From contig OZ316897.1 in the NCBI GenBank assembly GCA_973895155.1, positions 5,411,976 to 5,475,975 on the forward strand: a stretch of DNA of 64,000 nt, read 5' to 3'. The notes under the pieces were generated by a model that was given only the letters and a program-made list of their open reading frames with translations, did not search any database and was not told the DNA's origin. Numbering within the stretch: position 1 is the first letter of the stretch; every line of letters starts with the position of its first letter. A program made the position numbers and the translations under genes. The DNA comes from Marsupella aquatica (taxonomy: Eukaryota > Plantae > Marchantiophyta). This document shows, in pieces, positions 28,040 through 41,598 of this stretch.

Positions 28040-29695
28040 CCGAGATACAAGGCCCGTTTAGTAGCGAAGGGATTTACCCAGATCCTTGGCAGAGACTACG
28101 ACCTAACCTACTCACCCGTTATGGACGTCACCACCTAGAGATATCTGATAGCATTTGCTATCGACCACAAATGAACAATGCACCAACTTGACATCATTAC
28201 TGCTTATCTATATGGCCACCTAGATACCACTATCTACATGGAGGCCCCTCCCAAATTACTACAAGAGTTGACTACCACATTTAGGGGGAGCGAATACAAC
28301 AAGATGCTACTACCAAGCACGAAGGCCCTTTTGACCATACAAACAAAGCAGTGCTGCACACTACAGCTAAAGCAATCGGATGGAAGGCTTCTACTAAGCG
28401 AGTGCCCGACAAGAAGGCACTTACTGCATAAATCTGATTTGCTGTACAAGTCCTTCGATTGATGTATGGATTGAAACAGAGTGGGCGCACCTGGTACATG
28501 CATTTCAAGACAGAGATGATGACCATGGGCTTTAAGACATCCAATCTCACCCCCTGCTTATTCATCAAACAAGAAGGACATGAGATCATCATAGTGGCCA
28601 TCTATGTGGATGATCTAAACTTATTTGGCACAAGAAAGATCCTGCAAGAGACGATAAGACAATTGAATCGGGTATTTGAGACTAGAGATTTTGGTAGAAC
28701 TACATTCTGCCTCGGGCTGCAGTTCAAACATCTCCCACATGGAATACTTCTCCACCAATCTACCTATACCCACAGGATGTTGAAGCAATTCAACATGCAC
28801 ACAACAAAAGCAGTCAAATCACCAATGGACCTACGCTCCTTGGATAGAGAGAAAGATATCTTTTGGAAAAGAACAGAGGAGGAGCCACTACTTGGCTCCA
28901 AGAAGCCACTTGTCAGCAATAGGAGCGTTGTTATTCTTGGCCTCACAAACAGGCCCTGACATTGCATTTGCAATCAATCTGCTAGCCCGCCATAGCTCCC
29001 AACCTACGATCAGGCACAAGAACGGGGTCAAACAAATATTTTGATACTTAAATGGTACAATAGACCTTGAGCTATTCTACCCCATCAAAATGGACTTGAC
29101 GCTAACGGGCTATGTAGACATCGGATATCTGTCCGATCCAGCTAACGCAAAATCTCAAACCGGGTATGTTTTCATGCTTGGACCTACTGCCATTTTGTGG
29201 AAAAGGAGTAAAGCTACATCATTAGTTATCAGTGTTTTCCATCAATCGACCTGATATTAGTTGCCATGTCATCTTAGAGAGGCCGCCAAGTTGGGGCGCC
29301 GGAAAAAAATGCAAAAATGAAAATTGAATTTTTTTTTCTCAAAATTTGATGGAAAAAAAAACTTAATTTTTTTTCACTATGGGTGTCCTTACCGTATGGA
29401 TACCACATTTTTTGAAATTTTGGAATTTTATTTTTTTCCCTTTTTTTGTCCTTACTCCGATCTCGACGAGGTAAGCTAAGATTGAGTCAATCTCTGCTGC
29501 CCAACTGAGATGCGTGATTTAGGGTTTAGGCCCTATCTCAATGCTCAGCTGAGATTCATAAATTTCAAGGCAGCAGAACTGATAACTGATGATCCTCACT
29601 ACCCCGTGGAAAAGCACAAAACTCATGACAAATTCTTCAAATCACTTTGAGATTATTGCACTTTATGAGGCCAGCCGCAAATGCATCTGGCTATG
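28040..29695 (+). pseudogene. Copia (Bianca-like) RT/RNase H remnant
   Basis: YKARLVAKGFTQ, HQLDIITAYLYG, YGLKQSGRTWY, IYVDD, SPMDLRSLD..KD.F, RPDIAF, SQTGYVF, EIIALYEAS. Interrupted by a MITE and cut at 29696. Confidence 0.9.
29206..29605. mobile_element. MITE (~400 bp), Mutator-like
   Basis: 8-9-bp TSD GTGGAAAA(G) at 29197-29205 and 29606-29614. Imperfect TIRs share ATCA(T/C)AGTTATCAGT-like cores. Removing it restores the copia frame AILWKSTK. Confidence 0.85.
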
Positions 29696-32600
29696 TGTGA
29701 CACCGCCAATATGGCGGTTAAGGATTGATTTGGCCTAGCCCGTGCTTAACACGGGCATTAGGGGCACCGTAGGCCATAGTTATTAGCATAACGACACTAA
29801 GTAGGTAATACTTATGACTAGGGAATCATTAGTTAATAAGGGGCATTTACATTAGAGATGGCGGCAGAGCACCATTCATACTCCCGGGTTACGAGCATGT
29901 AAGGGGACCTTTCGGATCTGTATGACAAATTCTTGGAGGCGGCTGCTGACACGCTTTGAACCGGACCCGCGAGTGGCTAGTACACTGTGAGCGTGAAAAG
30001 CTCAACCTATAGGAAGGGAGGAGGGGCCAGTTGAACGATGAGCTCTCAGGGTATAAAAGGAGGGCCATTCTCTCGCATTTCACCCACACTCCATTCCGCA
30101 CGCCAACTTTGATCTCAGCCACTTCGTCCCTCCTTAGTCGCCCACCGTCACTCCTGGATGTTTGTCATGATATTGTCCAGTTTGGCCCTTTGATTTTGGC
30201 TGCAATTCCTATCCGTGGAAAGTCACTTAGCCAAGTCCTTAGCCAAAGTCAACCCGCACCAATATGAGACCGAATGAGCTTACGAGAGAGCCATTTGCTT
30301 AGCCGGCCGTAATCACTATAACGGCAATTTTGACCTCCCATTCCAGAGTGAGCTTTGCCGAGTTGACAAAATCAGCAAGTACTTCTTTGTCAATGAGAAG
30401 TACGTCGGTTTTCGGGAAGCGCTCCTTCGGCTTTTAGACAGGGTTTACCATCTCCTGGGCATGATAGACTTGCAGCCGCACCACTACGACCATATCCCCG
30501 CCCGGGTTCAAGCATCCATAGATTGTCAGTTTGGCCCTGCCCAAACAAGCGAGACTCCTATCTGAACGACGCTCGACTTCCCCAGGGACTTCCTGAATCT
30601 AATGGCGCCTCCTCCAGTTGCAACTGGCGCCAATTCGTCGGTACCTGCACCAACACCGCCTCGGCCTCAGCCAAGCCGATCTCCACCACCGGTCGCACCA
30701 CCTCTCCAAGTGTGATCCGTGGTAAATGCAGTAAATATTAGCTCCAAAGACGAGGAGGTTCACCCTCCCCTGAACCAACGGCCGCGGAATACAAATCAGC
30801 ATGCGCCAAGCAACCCGATGCCACTCCAACAAGCCCGAGGGGATAACATGGTGATTGTAGCGGCCCCAGCACCAATACTCACGGCGGTAGCGCTACCGCC
30901 ACCCGACTGGGAGGATGGGGAGATGTCCCCCTCTTCTAGTCACCCCGGGAATCAGTCTCGGGGTAGGAAGAGAAAGGAACCCGTAGCTGTATCCGGGCTG
31001 CCTTTGACCATGGTTGCGGTGGCCAAACTAACCATGCATCACATGGGGGAGAATGTTCACAAGAACATCCTCCACCCCAAGCATGCATGCTACCTGAAGA
31101 CCCAAGGGTTTGAGCACCTTGCCTCTCTCCCTTGGAATGGAAGCAAGTACTACGGGCAGGATATGACGGATTTCATTCAGATTTTTGATGAGGCCCGCCA
31201 AAAAACCCGAGTGCACAGGAGAGTGATGTGTCTCAATGAGGCACGTCTGAAGATGATTTTTGGCCTACCCGAAGGAATAAATTGGGTAGAGTCGCGGGCT
31301 CCTAGGGGCAAGGGAGCTAAATACTAGTCCTCTAGCTTCCCGACCAAGGGAGCAGTGGACAACGGATTCTTGATGAGGACGTGCCTCGTCTCGGAGGTAG
31401 CAGAATGCCTGGAGTTCCAGCGGTATGCCCTCCACATGATGGAACCACGGGGCAAAATATCCGCCGCCCAGGTCATACAAGTAGAGAACTTTCGGCCTAG
31501 GAGGTCGACGTCCTTCTTTGTCAAGAAATTCCATGAGGAGATGGAGCAGAGAAGGAAGACCTTATACCTTGGCGGAAAGGCGTACTTCGCGAGCCACATC
31601 GAGATCATCATCGAGTGGTACACCCGGTTTGACCGCTGAAGCCTCCCCCGTAGCAACGAGACTGAATTGACCCCGTCAAAGTGGGTATTCCCAGCTCAGG
31701 AGAGGCAACCGCAGCCCAAGGCCCAAAGCCTGGCAGCCTGGCAGCCCTGCTTTCCTGGCCCCGCAACCAGCCGCTATCGCCCCGCCAAGCATACCCGTAG
31801 ACGCAGTTATCGTGACCCTAGATGCGATCAACTGGGTCAACGCGATTGAAGCCAGGCCGGCTGAGGCCAGACCCGAACCCGATACTACGGTGGCCGAGGA
31901 GATCCCGCCACCCCCTACGGTTGTGCAGGAGAACCGCCCAGCCCCAGTGGAACCAGCCCCTTTGACCAACTCCGCTCTAGGGCTGGATGTTTCCACTCCA
32001 ACTCCCGCGTGGTCTGGGGTCTGTCCGTGCCCAAATCCAGATGGGCATAGTCTGGACCACCCAAAACTCTTTGCACTGGGCACGTTTTTGAATGGATTGT
32101 TGGGAGATTTCTCTCAACAGATCGCACGAGATACTGGGGAGTACATGGCACGGAAGGTGGCCTCTTCAACCAGGAGTTGGTTGCAGCCGTAAAGGTAGGA
32201 CATGCGTAGGCTGAGATAGCGCAGAGAATAGAATGGTACCGGGTTGAGTCTGCCTACTTGAAGGACAAAGTGGTGGCCTTGGAGACTGAACTCCAACAAT
32301 TGCGACCTCAGGTAACCGCCACGGAGGATCAGGTTGCCAAAGCCAGGGCCCAGGCAGCCTTAGCAGAGTAGGTCGGGTTTGGAAAGGACGCCAAGATAGC
32401 ACGGCTCCGGACCCAGATTGACGGTTTGAAGGGACAAGCCATCATTTGGCAGAAGGATCTGGAGGAGGCTGACTCTCGGTCCCAGCAAGACGCAGCCGAG
32501 ATAGACGCCCTGAAGGTGGAAGTGGCACGGCTTCAAGGAGAAGCCACAAAGCAAGCCCAGTTGGTGGATAAGCTGACGAGCGACGCCCAACAATTGGAGG

Positions 32601-32908
32601 AGGCATGCCAGGAAGCCGCGGAGGAGACAGATGCGGCAAAGCAAGAGAACAAATCTCTGTTGGACCAGGTCCAGCTACTCAAGCAGGATGCTGATAGACT
32701 TAGAAGGTAGCGGGATAGCCGCTCCCACTCGGGCAGCTCTGGCAAGCGTGCCAGGCATTAGCGGCGGAGTAGGATTAAAATAGAGTTAGGAGTAGCTAAA
32801 TCAGGCTATAGGGACAAGCGTCTGCCCTAGTTAAAGTGGTGCTGCCATACTGTCCGGCCTGCGTAGATTAGAATCTTCTAATAAGACAAGCCGTTTTTCG
32901 GCTTGACA
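29696..32908 (+). mobile_element. Second, 3'-truncated and decayed copy of the ORF-bearing LTR-like element
   Basis: Starts TGTGACACCGCCAATATGGCGGTTAA, colinear with the reverse complement of the 39113 end. TATAAAAGG at ~30052. ORF pieces are homologous to 36016-38646. Confidence 0.85.
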
Positions 32909-35115
32909 GCCAGGTGTTAAACACTAATTCTTCCCTACAATTAACTCAACATAACCCTTCTCTATTCGTTCGCTTTTGTATTAACCGATTAATCACCCAA
33001 CAACAGGGTAATCTAGTAAATCGTTTTCATACTCTAAACCTATAATTTCTGCTGAATGTTCTTCAATGTCTAATTCTTCTTTCCACTTCGTGGGTACGAT
33101 CGACTCAGTTAATACTAATCCTTCCCTATATAAAATTTCTATAAATCCACACCACTCACGGTAAGTGAAAATACAAATTGGAGTACTCTCTTCCCTTAGC
33201 CGATGAGTAATTAAGTGCAAACCAATCGAACAGATCCACAATTCAATTGGCCTGAGCCTAATTAGTGAGGAATTCTTCCTATCCTCGTTGTTAGTATTCA
33301 TGCTTCCAGTGATTGTGATCTGATTAGATCCAATCGTCTCATTGATACTCCCACCAGGATTTCGATCAATTACTTATGCTACAAAGTAGATCAAGAAAGG
33401 CTATTTGTAAGTAGAATATCAATTCAACGATTACTCCGTTATGTTGTAGGTGTATTGTGACGCCGATGACATGGTCCTCATTCTATAATCTGAGTAAGTA
33501 GGTTGCTGTATGCAAGGAGTAGCTATTGATATTGCATAACAATTAGCAAGCTGGCAAGAATAAGGGCAATCATGGCGTTAAGAGTAGGGATAAAGGTATT
33601 TCAGCTTGAAGACTGCACAACCAAGACAGACACAATTGAGGTAGTCACTGTCAAGGCCACAAAGGAGAAACTGGGGAAGAGAGGATTCAGCTCTTCAAGC
33701 ATACCATCTTCTTGACAAGCAAGATGGAGCATGGAGGCTCTTCAAGACGCCGGTACAGAGGTAGGCGTGGTAATTCAAGGAAGCAAGTCTCCATAGTTGA
33801 ATATGAAGTTGTGGGGTATGGTGATTGTGCTCAGGATGATCTAAATGTCTTGGGTTAGCATAGGTAAGTTTGGGTTCGGGCTCAGCTTAGCCTAGGTTAG
33901 CGGATGGCGGGTAGCGGCCTAACCCGAGACCACGGGTTAGCTCTACTCAGGTTAGATAGGATAGCTAGGTTAGCCAAACTTGGGTTAGCTATGTAACTCG
34001 GGTTAGCATAGTAGTGAGTACCCCCTCTCGGTTGCGGGGGCATAACTTTCTCTGTATTTGCCCAAATTGGCTATAATTGGCCTCGTTAGAAAGATGAGCT
34101 CAAGCCGCTTCCAACGCTGCTATCCACGCAGCAAATGGTTGAATAGAGAAATCGGGAGAGGAGGCGTAAGCTCCATGGAGGAGGGCCAAATCCAAAGGAC
34201 ATAGCCAATTCGAGATAAAAATAAAGTTGCGAGTTAGGGTTCAATAGTTAGAGATAGTGGCGGCTCTGTTAGGGCTGGGATGGGGCTCCAACAGCGTAGT
34301 ATCCACCCATTTGGGCTCAATATGAGAGTATATAGAGCAGCCCCCGGTAGAGGCAAGGGGGGGGGGACTTTAGTTGTGTGATCTCACGTAGACTAAGCAG
34401 TAGGGAGGAGCTCTGTGCAAGGAAGGCTGGGCTTGGAAGCTGTGTGCTGGGGAGAGCTGGGTTGTGCTATTACTCAAGGAGTAATCAGCCACGCTTCACA
34501 GCAACAGTTGGCCAGGTTTGCAAGCTAGATTGTGGCTCTTTCTAGTAGGCAACACAACTGGGTTCTTTTCCCTGGATACAGAGCCTTGGTGATAGGTGAT
34601 GTGTTGGTGATTGTAAACTGTGGGGAGGATTTCAATTCAATTTGCGGTGAGCACATTAGGAAGGCTGAGACACTGATTGAGGGGCAGCAGGAGGAACATT
34701 TACAGTTCAGTCTGGCAAGGCTACATGATCCATGGGGAGTCCCGGCCTTTGCCTGATAGAGAGCACTAAGGGATTTATGGCCAGGGTTGAGCTTGCAGGG
34801 CAAGCATGAGGCCGGGCCTCATTATAGTCTGGGGTAGATTGCCGTTAGGTCTGGTACCAGCTTTGAAGTCGAGTCAACTGTGCATGCGTAACTGGACATT
34901 CTGAAATGGAGGTGTAAGATCTGTACGTGTCCACAAGAATGAAGTGCAGTGAAGGAGGTTGAGTTCAGGATTGAGTTTGCAAGGCAAGTACGGGATTGGT
35001 TCGAGTCCAATCTACCGTTGCAATCTGGAGTGAGCCGGGCTCAGGTTCAGAATTGAGCTTGCATGGCAAGCACGAGGCTTGCAGGGCAAGCACGTCGCAA
35101 TCTAGAGGAGACAGC

Positions 35116-38100
35116 TGTCACGTCGTCGGCTTCGGCCTTAACTCAGACTTCAGCTTAGACAGGCACATCCCTCGTAAATCTGAGGGTTCGGGCAAGAAGG
35201 GAAGCACGTAATGCACCTTATTCTCGTAAACTAGCGCTAAGTGCGCATACTACTAAATACGAACACCTCCTAGGTATGGTTTGTGTTCCGCCGCCGGAAC
35301 ATACCTTAGTCGATAGCAGGATCGACCCCGGCTTAAGGGCTTCTAAGCCTTCGTGCTGTCCGCCTTCGATCCGGATTCGATGATACAGGTCCTCAACCCA
35401 TGCTCGCAACCACTTACCCGCAGGCTGCACCCTGTGCATGTCTCGGGTAGTGCGTTCGGCCTGGCGCTGCCACCCATATACGAGAAACCCACACACATAC
35501 ACGCGCACATGCATACAATCTCGATTTACATGAAGGAAAATGATGGGAAAGGATTTTACTACAAAGGGAATATATGCGTACACTTAGTTGACCCGACAAC
35601 CTCAGAATGAACAGGTTCAAGGCCGAGGGTGCACACTACAACGGAGCCCGGCTCCGCACTCGCCCAGCGAGCTTAGTCCTACCCCCCCCCCTTGGTACTC
35701 TTTCATTCCCAGAGGTCGGGACTCCCCGCACATACCGCGGATGTCCAACTCTGAAACTAAAACCCCCCCCCCCTTGCCTCTACCGAGGGGTGCACTAAAT
35801 ACTAAGGGCCGAGGGACGGGGTGTCCTCTCGCCGAAGATTCGCTGACTAAGGTCCTAACTAAGCTGACAATCAGGCCGGAAACGGCTGTGTCTTATTAGA
35901 AGATCCTAATCTACGTAGGCTGGACAACATGGCAGCGCTGCTGTACCTAAGGCAGGTGCCTGTCCCAAGAGCCTGACTAAGCTAGTCCTAATCCTAATCT
36001 ATTCCTACTCCGCTGCTAATGCCTGGCACGCTTGCCAGAGCCGCCTGAATGGGAGCGGCCATCCCGCTGCCTTCGAAGCCTGTCATTGTCCGCCTTGAAG
36101 AGCTAGACCTGGTCCAGCAGAGATTCGTTCTCTCGCCTCGCTGCGTCCGTCTCCTCTGCTGCCTCCTGACATGCCTCCTCCAGCTGCTGGGCGTCGCTTG
36201 TCAGTTTACCCGCCAGCTGGTCCTGCTTCTCGGCCTCGGTTTGGAGCCGCGCCACCTCGGCCTGCAGCGTGGCTATCTCCGCCGTGTCCCGCTGGGCCCG
36301 TTCCTCGGCCTCCTCCAGGTCTTTCTGCCAGGTGATAGTTTGATTCTTCAAACTGTCAATCTGGTTCCGGAGTCGTGTAATCTCGGCCTCGTTCCCAGCT
36401 TTGGCCTGTTCGGCTAGGGCGGTAAGAGCGTGCGCCTTTGCTAACAACTCATCGGCGGCTGCAACCTTGGGTCGTAGTTGCCGAAGCTCAGCCTCTTGAG
36501 CCGCGACTTCATTCTTTAGGTACACGGACTCCACCCAGTACCGCTCTATTCTCTGAAGGGCCTCTGACTGGGCCCGACCTGCCTTTACTACGGCAACCAA
36601 CTCCTGATTGAAGAAACAGGCTACCTTCCGGGCCATGAACTCCTCGGTATCCCAGGCAATTTGATGAGAGAAATCTCTCAGAAGCCCGTTCAGAAATGTA
36701 CCCGGTACGAAGAGTTCCGGGTGGTCCAGGTTGTGTCTGTCCGGAGTTGGGCATGGGCAAACGTCAACACGCGCGGGGGCCGGGGCAGTGACGTCCAGCC
36801 CTGGGGACGTAACGTTGGAAGGGGCTGGAGTGTCCTCTTGCAGCAATGTCCGGTTCTCTGGAATAGCCACCGGTGGGTCTTTGGGAGAACCGGGCTCGGG
36901 TAAGACCTCTGCTGTACCGACTTCTGTACTTAGCCCGGCTTGTTGGGTCGCATCAACGGTTGTGACAACCGACCCATCCGGTACCTCCTCGGTTACGACT
37001 ACAACTACTTGTGGAGGTGGGGTGGGTGAAGTTGGCATGTCCGCTGGACTTCGGGCCTCGGGTTGGGGCCGTCTCTCCAAGGCCGGGAAAGCCCACCTAG
37101 CTGGGACCAGCTTTGTAACGTTGACACGGGGAAGGGTTCGTCAATCAAACCGAGCGTACCACTCAAGAATGATCTCGATGTGGCTAGCGAAATATGCCTT
37201 CCCGCCAATGTACAGCGTCTTCCTTCGCCGCTCCATCTCTTCATGGAATTTCTTAGCGAAGTACGACGCTCACCTCCTAGGTCGATAGTTCTCGACCTGG
37301 ATAACCTGGGCGGCGGAGATCTCTCCCCGGGGTTCCATCATGTGGAGGGCGTACCTCTGGAACTCCAGTCGCTCAGCTATCTCGGGGATGAGATAGGTCC
37401 TCATCACGAACCCGTTGTCCACTGCTCCCTCTGAGGGAAAACTTGAAGATTGGTACTTGGCTCCCTTGCCCCCAGGAGCCCATGATTCGACTCGATGGTC
37501 ACCTTCGGGTAACCCGAAGATCATCCTGAGCTGTTCTTCCGTGAGGGACATACTCCTTCCCCGCAACCGAGTATGTTGACGCGCGTCATCATAATTCTTG
37601 ACGAACTCCGTCATGTCCTCCCCGTAGTACCTGCAAGTGTTCCAGGGGAGGGAGGCAAGGTGCTCGAATCCCTGAGTCTTCAGGTACACCGCATGCTTGG
37701 GATGGAGGATGTTTTTATGAACGTTTTCCCCCATGCGGTGCATCGTCACCTTGGCTACGGCTACCGTGGCCAACGGTAACCCGGATGCAGTGGCGGATTC
37801 CTTCCTCTTCTTCCCCTGTGACTGGCTCGGGGAAGGTGACACCTCCCCATCCTCCCGATCGGGCCTGGGTAGTGCCACTGCCGTTAGTAATGGGCCCGGG
37901 TCGGCCACGGTCACCATGTTGTCTGTCGGGGCCGCTCCTGGGGTCAAAGCAGGGGGTGGGGACGATATAGTGTCGGCCCCCTGAGCGCTTGTTCCTCTGG
38001 GGCGCTCGGTCAAGGGTGGGGTAGCCTCGTCATCATCGCTAAGATCCACAGCGTTGATGACGGAGCGTATTTGTGCTGGCTGGGCGATCGGTGGTGGGGT

Positions 38101-39113
38101 TTGGCTAGGCTGCGGCTGAGGCTGAAGCTGAACCTGAGGTTGTATGGGTACGGGTACGGGTACGGCTGAGTTGGTCATATTGGTTGATGGCCGAGTTCCC
38201 CTGAAGCTCTGTAGGTGCTGGTAGAAGTTCTCCAAAGCGAGTGCAGACGACCTTGTCGAACGGGTAGTGCTGGACTCGCTGTTGATGATAGCCCGAACCT
38301 GAGCAGGGATGTGGTCGAAGTGATGTCGTTGCAAGTCGATCGTACCCGGGATATTGAAGACCTCGTCCGGAAGCCGAAGCAATGCTTCCCAGAACCCGAT
38401 ATATTTGTCTCCGTTGAAGAAGTACCCAGATACCTCTGCTGTTCGGTAAAGCTCGCTCTGAGACGGGTAGTCAAAGTTAAGGATGTAGTGGTGTCGTCCT
38501 GCTAGGCGGATGGCTCTCTCGTACTCGCGTTCGATTTCGTATCGGCATGGGTTGGCGTGTTTCAATGAGTCGGCCAAGTGCCTTCCGGTAGATAGGAACT
38601 GCATCCAGAATCGAATGGCCGAGCTGGAGAGGATCGTGTGCGACATTCAGAGGAGATAGTAGTGGCAACTTAGAGCGAACGAGAGAGCTGGGGTCAAAGC
38701 TGGCGCGTGGACTGATGGACTGGTGCACTACAAAGGGTTGGCTCCCCTTTTATAGCTTGAGGGCTTGTCGATCCTCTGACGTCTCCTCGACACCCATAGG
38801 CTGAACCGCTCACGCTTGTGGTGTACTGGCCACTCTGCCGGTCTAAGTCAGCGCGTGTCAGTGGCCGCTTCCTTAAGTTCGTTATACGGACCCGAGGGAG
38901 GGGCCCCTCCATGCTCGTAACCCGGGTGTGCGAATAGCGACCCGCCGCCAGTCCGAACCTGAATTCCCCCTTATTGCCTAATGATATCCTACCCATAATG
39001 ATTACCTAAATATTGTCGTTATGCTAATAATAGGGGCCTAAGACACTCCTAACGCGCGTGCTAAGCGCAGTTAGACCGAATCACTCATTAACCGCCATAC
39101 CGGCGGCGTCACA
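35116..39113 (-). mobile_element. Complete 3998-bp LTR-like element carrying one long ORF
   Basis: TG...CA termini (minus strand TGTGACGCCG...CGACGTGACA) with TSD ACAGC (35111-35115 and 39114-39118). No internal LTR pair and no gag/pol motifs. Confidence 0.85.
36016..38646 (-). pseudogene. Ancestrally ~876-aa ORF: plant-transposon-protein (Athila ORF2/PMD-like) domain, Pro-rich linkers and C-terminal coiled coil; 3 in-frame stops
   Basis: The 458-aa and 325-aa ORFs are in one frame. The stops sit at positions that are sense codons in the 30-32 kb copy. TATA (CTATAAAAGGGG) lies about 100 bp upstream of the ATG. The family assignment rests on a motif seen by eye (EF..N......RG....L....IFGLP). 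Confidence 0.65.
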
Positions 39114-39754
39114 ACAGCCTTTGGGCCTATTGTTTGGATCAAGTGTTCTTAGTGAACTATTATGCACATCTTTGAATCTAATTGAGTTTTCCTCTCAGAC
39201 CTCATTTCTCTCATGGATGTGTGTGTGTGTGAGGCAATCTAAGTGTATGATGGGACTAGCAGCGCCACTGAGAGGTGTACCGGGTGCATTGAAGTGGGTT
39301 GGGTGAGGGCTGTCACAGCTCTGATTGCTGAGAGTGGAATGGCATAGTGGTGGGGCAATGGCTTAGAAGTCCCTAAGCCAGGAATCAGTCAGGAGTCACT
39401 GGTTTATGGGTATATTCCGGCGGTGGAATAGAAATATACCTATGACAGTAAGCATACGTATAGACATATGCGCACCGTAGCGCTAGGGCCCTGTGTGTAT
39501 GGGCCCAATATGAAGACCCCTTCTCACTAGAACTACCATGAGCACAGGATCTGATTCCCAACCTTGGTTCCTAGGGATTGAGCTTGGGTGATGTGTGACA
39601 GAGTCTTGCTATGATAGTCTGGTGTTAAGGGCATAAATTGGTGTTTACTAGCTTTCACAACATCCCTTCATGATCCTCAGGTACAAGGAGATGGTTTTGG
39701 CACCCATAGTGATATTTTTGATGTTATGACCCATGTCAATCGCGTGACATGTAT

Positions 39755-41598
39755 GACAATTAGATTGTCATTCTCGAAACACACACACTTCAGCCAGACT
39801 CCACTGCTTATGAGTTGTCTGTTGGTTTGATTCCGCAAGGTGTTACTCCTCAACGTATTCACTCTGAGTGAATTAATCCTCATTCATTCCTGCGGTCGGA
39901 ATATGACCGTCTTAACATACTTCTGTCTAATCCTCGGTTCATAACTTCAACAGATTTAACTTTCTTTATAATTTAGATTGTCTTACTCAATCTTCTCTTT
40001 AATTTTTCCTCTCCTCAATTTCTGAATCCATTCACTCTCAATTCTTACTCTCGCAGTCAATCACCATCTCTTCCTGTAGACTCTCTCAGCAATATGCTCA
40101 TCCAAGAACAATTCATGAGGTTGTGCCATAATGATTTCTTTACTTCTCAACATCAAAATTCTACTCACATCTGAGTAGGGAACACTTAAACAGATCTACT
40201 GATCATCTTAAGGAAAGTTTGGCTTCGCCTTTCAATCAGATTACCTATTGCAAAAGTGGCACCCTGTTCTACGCTCTTGCCTGCCTTAAATACTATCTTC
40301 CGGAAAAATTATTGGTTTCCAATTGCCTGACTAACAAAATGGTTATCTAACTTACTAATCAAACACAACTGCATAGCAGTTAATAAACTGTTGTTTTGCG
40401 GTTACTAAACCGCAATCCGTAGTTCCCAATTGGTATACTCTGTTTAACTGAGACTACTGCATTGAACATCTCTGTAAGCGATTGGTGGTTGAAGCCGTGG
40501 TTTCTAAACTGCCAATGGTTAAGTTTCTCAATTTTGATGCCACATGATAGACATTCAATGGATCTTCTGGTTCACTAATGTTCCAAAAAATGATTACTCG
40601 TTCAGCGGCGATTAGCCTCCAGCAGTGACGTTGTTGTTGATCGAGTTCTCATCCCAACGTCAGGACCCACTTTGATGACATGATTCCCTTGCAAAATTCT
40701 TCAACAGCTTCTTGAGTAGTCAACTATCGTTGGAAAGTTTCACCATTCATGCCAAAAAGTTGCTGCCCCGCTTCATTCCATACTCGGCAGTCTCCCTCCC
40801 TAAGGCGGATCATAAATCGGAACATGGGCTTCCCCTCTCCTACGAGCTTGAAAATATGAGTGCCTCGATCCCTACTAAAAACGTTCGATCGTTCTTCTCC
40901 CATTTGCCTTCATTGTCTTGCTTTCACCCCCAGAGCGCAATCTTTGCCGTCTCCTAGCTTGGTATCGCATCCTTCATAGCAAAACCCTAATCCGGTACTA
41001 CTCCATATAGCAAAAATTGTCGTGCCTTCTAATGTTAGTCTCCCAGCCATCTTACTAAGCTATTCCTACCTGCCACTGATCCCCTTAAATACTTGATCTA
41101 TTATTTTCCGCTTGACGTTTCTCCACTAATTCTACTTAATTATTTTCTCGGTTTACATTCTCCTTTACTTACTTACGGATTCTTCCTCGATATCCGTTTA
41201 CTATTCCATCAACTGTCGTTCCCTGTTCGTTGTTCATTGTTTGTTCCACAGCTTTCCTAACTCTTCTCCTTTGATTCTCGACCACTGACTCGTTTTCTTG
41301 CTTGGAGTTACTGTTGTACGATTTTGCGCCTTCAGCTTCCAGATTTTGGATTTCATGTCTAGAATGCACCGTTCCTTATCCTCTAATTCCTGAGAAATCT
41401 GATCATTCTCATTCCTGAGCTGTTCTACTTCCTCCATTCTCCCTTCGTTGCTTGGTCGCTGAGCCTTCGCTTGCACTAGTTGTGCTTCTAATTCTGCAAT
41501 TTGCTCATTTGCCGTGTGCAACTGCTTACTCAATTGGTCAATTTCGGTGTTGAACGCCTCCTTGTTTACCCCTAGCATTACATCTGCTGGTAGAGTTG
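39755..41598 (-). mobile_element. Highly decayed retroelement-like sequence (continues at 32910-33450)
   Basis: Coiled-coil ORF at 41234-41598 and weak gag/protease-like peptides. It is split by the TSD-bounded solo LTR. Confidence 0.3.

Larger units (their letters stand above)
33456..39749 (+). mobile_element. Solo LTR (~2.3 kb net) hosting the 35116-39113 insertion
   Basis: TGTGACGCCG...CGCGTGACA termini with TSD TGTAT (33451-33455 and 39750-39754). TATA-like GTATATAGAG near 34329. Confidence 0.8.

Noticed and set aside
33850-34010. GGTTAG-rich tract resembling telomeric repeats
   Set aside because: The units are irregular and not tandem, and they lie within a solo LTR.
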